DNA from: an uncultured delta proteobacterium
GTDB lineage: Bacteria; Myxococcota_A; Polyangia; Haliangiales; Haliangiaceae
Reading direction: 5' to 3'
DNA length: 64,000 bases
Assembly: GCA_963848295.1 (NCBI GenBank)
Contig: CAWKDB010000002.1
Coordinates: 1 to 64,000 of the forward strand
Positions 18,570 through 26,890 of this stretch are shown one piece after another (position 1 is the first letter of the stretch; the number at the start of each line of letters is the position of its first letter). The notes beneath the pieces are model-generated. The model did not search any database. It worked only from the letters and a program-made list of their open reading frames with translations, and was not told the DNA's origin. The translations under genes were made by a program, and so were the position numbers.

Positions 18570-19451
18570 TCAGGCGAAGTAGTGGCCGGCCTCGAGATCA
18601 GCGATCAACCCCGGCCCGGTCGGCTTCCAGCCGAGGCGTTCGCGAGTGAGCGCGCTCGACGCCGGGCCGTCCATCCCGAGCACATGGCCGATGAAGCCGA
18701 GCAGCGCACCGGCCTCCTCGGGCGTCTTCGACACCGCCGGCACGCCGAGGTGGCGAGCGATCACCTCCGCGATCTCGCGGACCGGTACGCCCTCGTCGGC
18801 AACGCCGTGATACCGCGCGCCGGAGACGCCTTTCTCGAGCGCCAATCGATAGATCCGCGCGGCATCGAACCGGTGTACGCCCGGCCAGCGATTCTTGCCG
18901 TCGCCGACGTAGGCCGAGAAGCCTTTCTCGCGCGCCGTGCGGACGAGGATCGCGACGAAGCCGTGGTCGCCTTCGCCGTGGACCGACGGTGACAGCCGAA
19001 CGCACATCGCGCGGACGCCGCGTGCCGCCATCGCGAGGCCGGTCTCTTCCGACTTGCGCGGCAACGCGCTCGCCGGCGAGTCATCTTCGGTGCCCAGACG
19101 TCCTGCGGGCAGGCCCAGCGTTCCCGAGGTGACGATCAACGGGCGCCCCGATCCTTCGAGCGTTGCGCCGATCGCCTCGATCGCTGCTTTGTCGGCGGCG
19201 CAGTTCGCCGCGAAGGCCGAGAAGTCGTGAATGAAGGCGGTGTGGATGACCGCATCGCACGCGGTCGCGCCGCGCTCGAGGCTGTCGAGATCGGCGAGCT
19301 CGCCGCGCAGGACCTCGGCGCCGGCGTCAGCGACCACCTTCGCCGATGCGTCGGACCGAGCGAGGCCGAGGACCTTGTGGCCGGCGGCGATGAGATCTCT
19401 GGTGACCGCAGATCCGACCCAACCCGAGGCACCGGTGACGAAGACGCGCAT
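18570..19451 (-). CDS. SDR-family NAD-dependent epimerase/dehydratase (paralog of 10288-11196)
   Basis: MRVFVTGASGWVGS; DAVIHTAFIHDF; RBS AAGGAG. Confidence 0.9.
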   Translation of the reverse strand: MRVFVTGASGWVGSAVTRDLIAAGHKVLGLARSDASAKVVADAGAEVLRGELADLDSLERGATACDAVIHTAFIHDFSAFAANCAADKAAIEAIGATLEGSGRPLIVTSGTLGLPAGRLGTEDDSPASALPRKSEETGLAMAARGVRAMCVRLSPSVHGEGDHGFVAILVRTAREKGFSAYVGDGKNRWPGVHRFDAARIYRLALEKGVSGARYHGVADEGVPVREIAEVIARHLGVPAVSKTPEEAGALLGFIGHVLGMDGPASSALTRERLGWKPTGPGLIADLEAGHYFA

Positions 19452-19572
19452 AGTGATCTCCTTGTGTCTCGCAGCGTGCATCGCCCGCTGCTTCTTCGCT
19501 TGGGCAAACTTGGCGAAATTCGCTGCCAAGAACGCCCAAGCGCGTCGTGGGTCTCGCCGGTACACTGACCGC

Positions 19573-20454
19573 GTGCCTGTCCCACGCGAGCAACCCGATC
19601 GCGTTCAGATCGCGGTCCGCTACCCGCTGCCGGGCGTGATCGTCAGCCGGTTCTCGAACACCGGTCATCTGATTCGCGCGGTGCCCGACCGCTACTCGAC
19701 CGCGTTTCACCTCGCGGGGAATCCTTCGGAGTGGACGACGGGGAGGGCGCGGTGGTCGAGCAGGCCCGGCACGGTCAGCGTCAAGGTGCCGGGCCAGGTC
19801 TACGCCGAGCGAGCGCGTGAAGGTGGCGCCGAGTTTCAGGTCGTGCTGTTCGATGCGGCGCTGGTCGCCGACGCCCGCGCCGCGCTGGATCGGCCCGTGA
19901 TCGCGCCGCAACAGCACGCGATCGATGGCGACGACCTACGCGCCCAGCCGCTCGCCGAGCTCCATCGCCGGCTGCTCCATGGCACCGCGCCGCCATTCGG
20001 CGTTGCTGCCGGCCGCGCGCACGCTCCGGCCGCCGACCGCGACGAGGCAGCGCTCGAGCAGACGGTGTGCGCTGCGTTGTTCGCGTTCGTCGATCTTGCG
20101 TGCGCGCCTCGCGGAGCTCGGTTTGCTCGCTCGGCTTGGAGCGCGGCGGTCGCGCGAGCTCGCTCACTCCTCGACGCGCGGTTGACCGAGACGGTCGGGC
20201 TCGACGAGCTCGCCGCGCATGCCCGGCTCGATAAGTTTCGGCTGTGCCGCGCGTTTCGCGACGAGGTCGGGCTGCCGCCGCACGCGTACGTCACGCATCG
20301 CCGGGTGAGCCTGGCGCAAGACCTGCTCGCGCGCGGGCTCTCGCAGGCCGAGGTCGCTGCGAGCGTCGGGCTCTACGATCAGAGCCAGCTGCATCGTCAC
20401 TTCAAGCGGATCGTCGGTGTCACACCGGGCGCGTACGCGCGCGCGGTTCGCTGA
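19573..20454 (+). CDS. AraC-family transcriptional regulator
   Basis: LDELAAHARLDKFRLCRAFRDEVGLPPHAY...GLYDQSQLHRHFKRIVGVTPGAY; start uncertain (GTG after a TACACT -10-like box). Confidence 0.88.
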   Translation: MPVPREQPDRVQIAVRYPLPGVIVSRFSNTGHLIRAVPDRYSTAFHLAGNPSEWTTGRARWSSRPGTVSVKVPGQVYAERAREGGAEFQVVLFDAALVADARAALDRPVIAPQQHAIDGDDLRAQPLAELHRRLLHGTAPPFGVAAGRAHAPAADRDEAALEQTVCAALFAFVDLACAPRGARFARSAWSAAVARARSLLDARLTETVGLDELAAHARLDKFRLCRAFRDEVGLPPHAYVTHRRVSLAQDLLARGLSQAEVAASVGLYDQSQLHRHFKRIVGVTPGAYARAVR

Positions 20455-20603
20455 TCGGGACGACCCGCCAGACCAACGACGTCGTCGCCGCGTTCGCCGC
20501 GCGCAAGCTCGAGGTCGCGGCGCGCGAGGTGCCGCTCGCCGAGGTCGCGACCTGGTGGTCGCGGCGATCCGAGGCCGGCGAGCGCGTCGTGTTCATCCCG
20601 TGA
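20455..20603 (+). pseudogene. Possible C-terminal fragment of a zinc-binding dehydrogenase/oxidoreductase
   Basis: LEVAAREVPLAEVATWW...GERVVFIP tail with no start codon. Confidence 0.35.
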
Positions 20604-21201
20604 CGCGCGCGTCGGCGATCGCGTCGAACAGCTCGGTGAGCACTCCGCGGTCGACGCGCGCCGAGCGGGCCGCGCGAAACTGCTGGACCCGGCGATCGAG
20701 CTCGGCGAGCGCCGCTTCGACCGCGTCGAGCTCGCCCCGCGAGTGAAGCTCGCGGCGCAGCGTGGTGCAGACGTAGTGAACGCACCGCGCGGGCCGATGC
20801 TCGCCTTCGAGCGTGCAGCCCTCGGGTCCGCGAAACGCGCAGCCGGCGTGGTCGGTCCTCGGCGGCACGAGATCGCGGGCGCGCGTCCCGGCGTGGACGA
20901 GCATCGCGAGCTCGTTGTCGTCGAACAGGCTCGCGGTCTCGCCCGAGCAGCAATCGCCGCCGTTGTAGTGGCCGCGCGGAAACGGCTGGCCGGTCGCGCA
21001 CGTACTGCATGACGCGACGCCGGTCAGCACCGCGGATACCCGCAGCTTCTGATCGCGAACCGTTCGCGCGAGCACTCGCTCGTCGTCGTCGGGACGTGCG
21101 TCGAGCTCGCCGCGCAACCGCTCGCGAAGCTCGATCAGCTCGGTCGCGCGCGACGCGGGTTGGCGGAGCTTGATGAGCAGCCGCTCGACGGCGATGAGCA
21201 C
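20593..21201 (-). CDS. Cys-cluster protein (YkgJ-like metal-chelating pattern)
   Basis: CxxC...GDCC...CAF....GCTL....RPARCVHYVC. Confidence 0.65.
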   Translation of the reverse strand: MLIAVERLLIKLRQPASRATELIELRERLRGELDARPDDDERVLARTVRDQKLRVSAVLTGVASCSTCATGQPFPRGHYNGGDCCSGETASLFDDNELAMLVHAGTRARDLVPPRTDHAGCAFRGPEGCTLEGEHRPARCVHYVCTTLRRELHSRGELDAVEAALAELDRRVQQFRAARSARVDRGVLTELFDAIADARVTG

Positions 21202-21259
21202 GACGCGACGCTAGCACCGATCGCTGTGCGGACGACCTCTTGTTTCTCGCTGGCGCGGC

Positions 21260-21916
21260 CTAGCCGTGGACCGCGGCGAGGAACTGGTCGTTCGTCAACA
21301 CCGCGTGGAACGCGCGTACGATCGCGTCGGACAGCGCCTCGTTGTAGTTGCTCGCATCGAACGAGTGCCCGAACTTGCTCTGCTGGCCGACGGCCGGGCC
21401 TTGCCAGAGCACTTTGCCCGCGCCGTCGGTCAGCGTCAGGTTGAGCGTGACGGTCGCGTTGTAGCGGTTGTCCTCGGTGACGAAGAACTGGACGAGCTCG
21501 CCCGACAAGATCCGGCTCGCGCCCCCAGGCACGACCGCGATCTGCGCCGCCCGCATCACGTCCTCGGTGTGCATGGTGACGTAGCGCGCGACGTCGTCGG
21601 GCGTCGTCACCGGGCGGGGCGTCGTGTTTTCCTTGTTCGCGCCGATCGAGTCTTTGACCGTCCGGTTGTCGGCGAACGGCAAGACCTGGAGCTTTTGCCC
21701 GGTGAACGCCGCCATGATCTTCGGCAGGTTGTCGGGGCCGGAGATCGTGGCCCCGCCCATGCCCCAGCTGTTCTTGATCTCGGCGGTGACGGTGTGAAAG
21801 TCCGAAGGGTCGTCGCTCGGCTTCCAGCTCAACGGCGTGTTGATCATGCTCGGGCTACCGCCGCACGCGGCGAGGACGACGAAGACGACGAAGACGATGG
21901 CGGTGCGAAGGCTCAT
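21260..21916 (-). CDS. Lipoprotein (YajG-like)
   Basis: LAAC lipobox; FADNR and LTDGAGKVLWQG beta-rich pattern. Confidence 0.7.
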   Translation of the reverse strand: MSLRTAIVFVVFVVLAACGGSPSMINTPLSWKPSDDPSDFHTVTAEIKNSWGMGGATISGPDNLPKIMAAFTGQKLQVLPFADNRTVKDSIGANKENTTPRPVTTPDDVARYVTMHTEDVMRAAQIAVVPGGASRILSGELVQFFVTEDNRYNATVTLNLTLTDGAGKVLWQGPAVGQQSKFGHSFDASNYNEALSDAIVRAFHAVLTNDQFLAAVHG

Positions 21917-22077
21917 GTGCGGCGCACCAAATCACGACCGCCCGGCCGGTGCAACGCCCGAGCCGAACGTATCGATCGGGCTGTCCGCGCGAAGCAAAGG
22001 ACGGCCGAGACCTCCTGGCGAGGGCGTCGCTTTCGCGGGCGTAGCCGTTCAGTTCACCGTACCAGGCGAGGTGCTAG

Positions 22078-22417
22078 GGTCAGCCGATGGACGCCCGGCC
22101 ACGCCGAGCTCGAAGCGAACCTCGACCTCGGCTCCGGTCAACTCGCGCGCTGGCGGCGCTACCGCGCCCATTGCCCGATGTATCGGGTCGGCACGACCGC
22201 CCTGACCCAGGTCTGGCCCGATCTGTCGGCGACGCGCGGCGTGATGTATCCGTTTCGCGCGCCCGACATCGATGTCGCGGCGCATTTGCTCGCGGAGGCG
22301 CTGCCCGGGCCGGCCGCTTACGAGATCACGGTCACGAACCTCGACGTGTCGGCCGCGCTGATCGCCGCCGGCGCGACCCTGCGGGAGCGCCAGTTCGAAT
22401 TCGCGGGCGAGCTCTAG
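22078..22417 (+). pseudogene. Headless protein fragment, possibly the C-terminus of a GNAT-like protein
   Basis: Protein-like segment AELEANLDLGSGQLARW...YPFRAPDIDVAAHLL...LIAAGA with no credible start. Confidence 0.3.
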
Positions 22418-22434
22418 ATGCTACGGTCGCGATC

Positions 22435-22635
22435 ATGAGCGAGCCATTCGATCGGGTCGATCTCGAGACCAAGCTCGCGTACCAGGAACGCCTGATCGGC
22501 GAGCTCGATGCGCTCGTGCGCTCGCTGGCGGATCGTCTGGATCAGACCGTGCGCGAGGTCCGCGAGCTCAAGCAGGCGATCGCGTCGCCGGAGCTGCCCA
22601 AGGGCGCGGCGAACGAGCGCCCGCCTCATTACTAG
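22435..22635 (+). CDS. slyX: SlyX family protein
   Basis: DLETKLAYQERLIGELD...ERPPHY. Confidence 0.9.
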   Translation: MSEPFDRVDLETKLAYQERLIGELDALVRSLADRLDQTVREVRELKQAIASPELPKGAANERPPHY

Positions 22636-22693
22636 CGGCCACGAACGCGCGGCGGGGAGTCCCCGAACCCGGCTTTCGCGCTACGGTCGCGCC

Positions 22694-22939
22694 ATGCAGC
22701 GATTCCAGGTCGATATCGGTTTCCAGGTCTACTTCCAGGAGGGCGGCGAAGAGATCGGCGCGGTTCGGCAAGTCGCGAGCGATCATCTCGTCGTCTACGT
22801 CGAGGGCAAAGGCGACTTCGTCGTCCAGCCCCAGGCGGTCCACGCCGCGCACGATGGCAAGGTGCTGCTCGATGCGACGAAGGTCGACGCCGCACTGCTG
22901 GAGGCTGCCGGCCACGCCCACGAGCGCGAGACCGATTAG
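22694..22939 (+). CDS. Small PRC-barrel-like hypothetical protein
   Basis: IGFQVY...GEEIGAVRQV...VVYVEGKGDF...HDGKVLL. Confidence 0.7.
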   Translation: MQRFQVDIGFQVYFQEGGEEIGAVRQVASDHLVVYVEGKGDFVVQPQAVHAAHDGKVLLDATKVDAALLEAAGHAHERETD

Positions 22940-23004
22940 CTAGGACGGTCCCGCCAACCGGTGAGCCGATGAATTTCCGCGTCCGCGAGCGTATCATCGT
23001 GGCG

Positions 23005-23406
23005 ATGGCGGACTTAGTGAGTGGCGACGAGCGCCGGCGCGTCGTGTTGATCGACGACAGCGAGATCGTGTTGCGCACCCAAGCCGATGCGCTGACGCGT
23101 GCGGGGTTCGAGATTCGCGCGGCATCGTCGTTGCGAGAGTTCATCAACTTGGTGCTCGACTGGAAACCGCACGTGATCGTGAGCGACTTGTACATGCCCG
23201 AGATGAACGGCGCGGAGCTCTGTCAATGGCTACGCGCTCAGATCCCGACCGCCCGTATCCCGGTCGTGATCTGCTCCGGCGCGAAGGAGCACGAGCTCGC
23301 CGACATCGCACAGAAGGCCGGCGCCGATGCGTTCGTATCCAAACATGGCGGAGTCGACGCGCTGCGCGATCGGCTGTCGTCCCTGTTCGAGGAGATCGTA
23401 TGGTGA
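23005..23406 (+). CDS. Single-domain response regulator (receiver)
   Basis: VLIDD, SDLYMPEMNG, CSG and FVSK. Confidence 0.92.
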   Translation: MADLVSGDERRRVVLIDDSEIVLRTQADALTRAGFEIRAASSLREFINLVLDWKPHVIVSDLYMPEMNGAELCQWLRAQIPTARIPVVICSGAKEHELADIAQKAGADAFVSKHGGVDALRDRLSSLFEEIVW

Positions 23407-23774
23407 CTACGAGCAAGCGCATCCTCGTGATCGATGACAGCCCGGTCGTGCTCGCGATGGCCTGCCACGCGCTCGCCGAAGCCGGCTACCAGGTCGAGAC
23501 GCGCAGCAGCGTCGAAGAGGTCGAGTCGAGGCCAGTTGCGGGCTTCGATCTGATCCTGATGGATGTCCAGATGCCGGAGCTCTATGGGGACGACATCGGG
23601 ATGGCGCTGCGTTATCAGCGCGGCGTCAAATCGCCGATCTACTTGTTCTCGACGCTCGACGACGAAGAGCTCAAGACCCGCGCGAACGACACCGGGCTCG
23701 ACGGCTTCATCTCGAAGCAAGCCGGGATGGACCACCTGATTGCTGAGGTACGGAAGATTCTCGGGACCGAGTGA
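23403..23774 (+). CDS. Single-domain response regulator (receiver)
   Basis: ILVIDD, MDVQMP, FST and FISK; overlaps the previous stop codon. Confidence 0.92.
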   Translation: MTTSKRILVIDDSPVVLAMACHALAEAGYQVETRSSVEEVESRPVAGFDLILMDVQMPELYGDDIGMALRYQRGVKSPIYLFSTLDDEELKTRANDTGLDGFISKQAGMDHLIAEVRKILGTE

Positions 23775-23778
23775 CCGA

Positions 23779-24159
23779 GTGACAAGGGAGCTGCCTAACG
23801 TCCGCGAGCAGGACTTCGAAGCGGCGGTGGTGTTCGGCGAGAGCATCGTGCTACGGCTCAGCGGCTCGTCGAACGTCGGCGCCGCCGCGCCACTCCAGCA
23901 GCTGGTGGATCGGTTGCACTCCGAGCTGTGCGACGCGAGCGCGGCCGATGTCGTCGTCGACATCGTCGGCCTGGAGTTCATGAACGCCGCGTGCTTCAAC
24001 GTGTTCGTCACCTGGATCGGCCTCATCAACGAGCTCGGGCCGGAGCAGCGCTATCGCCTGCGCTTCAAGTCAAACTCGACGATCCGCTGGCAGGCGCGCA
24101 GCCTCCATACGCTTTGCTGCTTCGCGACCGACCTGGTGTCGATCGGTGAGCACTCGTGA
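23779..24159 (+). CDS. STAS-like anti-anti-sigma protein, lacking the phospho-Ser
   Basis: LRLSGS...VVVDIVGLEFMNAACF...WQARSL; paralog of 25707-26084. Confidence 0.75.
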   Translation: MTRELPNVREQDFEAAVVFGESIVLRLSGSSNVGAAAPLQQLVDRLHSELCDASAADVVVDIVGLEFMNAACFNVFVTWIGLINELGPEQRYRLRFKSNSTIRWQARSLHTLCCFATDLVSIGEHS

Positions 24160-25640
24160 CCATCCCGGACACCATCGTCCAACAGTTCCGTACGACCGCG
24201 CTGGAGCGGCTCGATCGGGTCGAGCACGCGTGGGCGGCGGTGCTAGCCCGCCTCGACGATGACGCGATCGCGGTGATCCATCGCGAGATCCACACGCTCA
24301 AGGGCGAGTCGCAGCTGGTCGGCTTCGCGGACGTCAACCTCGTGTGTCACAAGCTCGAAGATCTGCTCGAGGTCGCGCGGACCTGTGGTTACGCCGTCGA
24401 CGAGGACTTCGATCTCGCGATCAATATGGCCCTGCGGTTCATGGCGATGCTCGTGCGCAAGAAGGTCGGCTCGCAGCTCCCCGGCATCAACCTGCCCGGA
24501 TTCATCCGTCAGATCGATCGGATGCTCGCCGAAGCGCGCGGCGAAGCGACCCCCAGGGCTCGCAACGTGACTCCGATGAATCGCGTGTCGGGTCCGAGCG
24601 CGCGGCTCTCGCCGTCGGTGCGCGCGCGGCTCGCGTCGATCGCGCTCGATCTGTTCCTCGAATACGCCGAGAGCCGAGGCACGCGCCGCAATCGGCTGAG
24701 GACCTCGTGGCACTCGTTGCGCGATCTCGTCGGCGTGCATCGCGCGCTGATCGGCACCGGCCAGCTCGTCAAGCATCAGGTCGGCGCCTACGCGCTCGCG
24801 AAGGAGCTCGGCAAGCAAGTGGAGGTCGTCGTGGAGATCGCCAGCGCCGAGGTCACGACCGACGTGCTCGCGGCGATCGATCTCGCGGTGCTTCACCTCG
24901 TGCGCAACGCGATCGACCACGGCATCGAGCCAGCGACTGATCGGACGGCGGCCGGCAAGCCGGCGAGCGGCATCATCCGGGTGCGCGGTGCGCTCAGCGG
25001 CGACACATTCGAGCTCAGCGTGGCCGATGACGGCAGCGGGATCGCGTTCGAGCGTGTACGGCAACGCGCCGCCGAGCTCGGCATCGTCGCGCCGGCCGAC
25101 GACGCGAGCGACCGCTGGATCGACGTGCTGTGCTACCCGGGCCTGTCGACCCGATCGGAGGCGACCGACGTGTCGGGACGCGGGGTCGGCTTGGACGCGG
25201 CGCGCGCGAGCATCGTCGATGTCGGCGGCACGATGACGCTGCGATCGACGCGTAGCGCCGGCACGACCTGGAACATCACGATGCCGATCACGCCGATCCA
25301 GGTCGAATGCCATATGTTCCGCGCTCCCGACGTGCCAGTGCCGGTCGCGATCGATTCGACCTGGACGCCCGCGGCACGACCGGGCCACGGCCCGATCCTC
25401 GATCTCGGCGCCGCGCTCGGGCTGGGCGACCCTGCCGGGGCTCGCGCCGAGGCGGCACCGGCGTGGTTCGAACGCGGCTCCGACGCGTTCGCCATCGTTG
25501 CGGAGCGCGCACCGGCGCTGGCTTCGGCTCGCAAGCTCGTGCTGACGCCGGCGGCCGCGTTTGCCGAGATCATCGTGTCCGATGGCGTCGAGAGCTTGTT
25601 GCTCCGCCCAGATCAGGCGATCTCGTCGGCGAAGCGCTGA
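24156..25640 (+). CDS. CheA-like histidine kinase (Hpt + HATPase + degenerate CheW-like tail)
   Basis: HREIHTLKGE (Hpt), HLVRNAIDHGIE (N box), DDGSGI and SGRGVGLD (G boxes). Confidence 0.88.
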   Translation: MTIPDTIVQQFRTTALERLDRVEHAWAAVLARLDDDAIAVIHREIHTLKGESQLVGFADVNLVCHKLEDLLEVARTCGYAVDEDFDLAINMALRFMAMLVRKKVGSQLPGINLPGFIRQIDRMLAEARGEATPRARNVTPMNRVSGPSARLSPSVRARLASIALDLFLEYAESRGTRRNRLRTSWHSLRDLVGVHRALIGTGQLVKHQVGAYALAKELGKQVEVVVEIASAEVTTDVLAAIDLAVLHLVRNAIDHGIEPATDRTAAGKPASGIIRVRGALSGDTFELSVADDGSGIAFERVRQRAAELGIVAPADDASDRWIDVLCYPGLSTRSEATDVSGRGVGLDAARASIVDVGGTMTLRSTRSAGTTWNITMPITPIQVECHMFRAPDVPVPVAIDSTWTPAARPGHGPILDLGAALGLGDPAGARAEAAPAWFERGSDAFAIVAERAPALASARKLVLTPAAAFAEIIVSDGVESLLLRPDQAISSAKR

Positions 25641-25706
25641 TTCACACATCGTTGCCGGCCTAGTGTGGCCTTGACCCGCCATCACGGTTCCTAGATCATG
25701 TAAGCG

Positions 25707-26084
25707 GTGGGACAGGCTGGTTCAGCGCACCTGCTCGCGACGTCGACCGGACGCGAAGGCGAAACCCTCGTCTTGACTTGCACCGGCTCGGCGGAAACCG
25801 AAGCGCTCGACTCGCTGCACGAAGTGCTGACCGGCTTTCACGACGAGGCCCTGCGCCAACCAGGCGCGACCGTGGTTGCCGATGTCCGCGCCCTGGAGTT
25901 CGCGAGCAGCTCGTGCCTCAAGGCCTTCGTCACCTGGTTGCAACGGGTGCAAGAGCTCGATGACGACCACCGCTATCAGATCCTGTTTCGCTCCAACCCG
26001 CGTCACTCGTGGCAGCGGCGCAGCTTGAACGCGCTCGCCGCATTTGCGTCCGGCGTAGTTCGCATCGAATCGGAGGCGCCATGA
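25707..26084 (+). CDS. STAS-like anti-anti-sigma protein
   Basis: VVADVRALEFASSSCLKAFVTWL...WQRRSL. Confidence 0.78.
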   Translation: MGQAGSAHLLATSTGREGETLVLTCTGSAETEALDSLHEVLTGFHDEALRQPGATVVADVRALEFASSSCLKAFVTWLQRVQELDDDHRYQILFRSNPRHSWQRRSLNALAAFASGVVRIESEAP

Positions 26085-26545
26085 CGCAGGTCGCGACCGA
26101 AACCTTCGAGCTCACCGGCAAGCTCACGGTGGCCGACGTGCCGGACGTCCGGCGGTTCGTCGAGAAGTTTCACGGCCGGGTGTCGAACGCCGACGATGTC
26201 TCGCGCGTCGCGATGGCGACCCACGAGCTGCTCGAGAACGCGGTGAAGTTCTCGACCGACGGCTCGGCGTCTCTGCGCATCGATGTCGGCGGATCGCAGG
26301 TCACGATCACGACCCGCAATCGCGCTCGACCGGCCGATCTCGACGAGCTACGCGAGCTCGCCCGGCAGCTCGCATCGACGATCGATCCGATGCTGTTCTA
26401 TCTCGACCGGATGCGGCAGTCGCCAACGCGGGTCGGCGGGCTCGGGCTCGGACGGGTGGCGGCGGAGGGCGAGATGAAGATCGAGCTCGTCCTCGACGGC
26501 GATATGGTTCAGGTCAAAGCTGCGGCGACCCTGGGCGCGGCTTAA
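26081..26545 (+). CDS. Anti-sigma-type GHKL Ser kinase (RsbW/SiaB-like)
   Basis: ATHELLENAVKF N box and GGLGLGRV G2 box; ATGA overlap; RBS GGAGG. Confidence 0.8.
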   Translation: MTQVATETFELTGKLTVADVPDVRRFVEKFHGRVSNADDVSRVAMATHELLENAVKFSTDGSASLRIDVGGSQVTITTRNRARPADLDELRELARQLASTIDPMLFYLDRMRQSPTRVGGLGLGRVAAEGEMKIELVLDGDMVQVKAAATLGAA

Positions 26546-26718
26546 CCGATCGCGACGCGTAGCTCGGGCGACGAGGCTTCGCGCTCGGACTCGCCGGCGT
26601 GCCGCTCGTACGGACTCGTGGTCTCGTCTTCAGGATCGATCGCGTGCTGGACGACGCCCGACGCGGTCTTCGGCAGCAGGAGGTTGAGCGTCCTCGCCCG
26701 GATTCCGATGTTCCACAT
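26542..26718 (-). CDS. Small hypothetical protein
   Basis: MWNIGIRARTLNLLLPKT...; GAGG upstream; no recognisable motif. Confidence 0.3.
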   Translation of the reverse strand: MWNIGIRARTLNLLLPKTASGVVQHAIDPEDETTSPYERHAGESEREASSPELRVAIG

Positions 26719-26890
26719 GCCTCGGATACCTTGCATGCGGCGTGCGCATTCCCGAGGACGCGCTTACGCGGAGTTGCAACGGTCGAAGCCGCCTCATGCG
26801 TGTCGCATGACACGCCTGCGACTCGCAATGTGTCTCGGTCGACGCGGTGTCATCGACACCCTGTCGGAGCGTCGGGCATCATGCCGCCTC

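Noticed and set aside
10127..22417. Integron cassette array
   Set aside because: Gene orientations are mixed, no repeated attC-like sites were seen, and there is no integron integrase.
23005..25640. Canonical chemotaxis operon
   Set aside because: No MCP, CheW, CheR or CheB is present, and the kinase lacks a clear P2 domain and an intact P5 domain.
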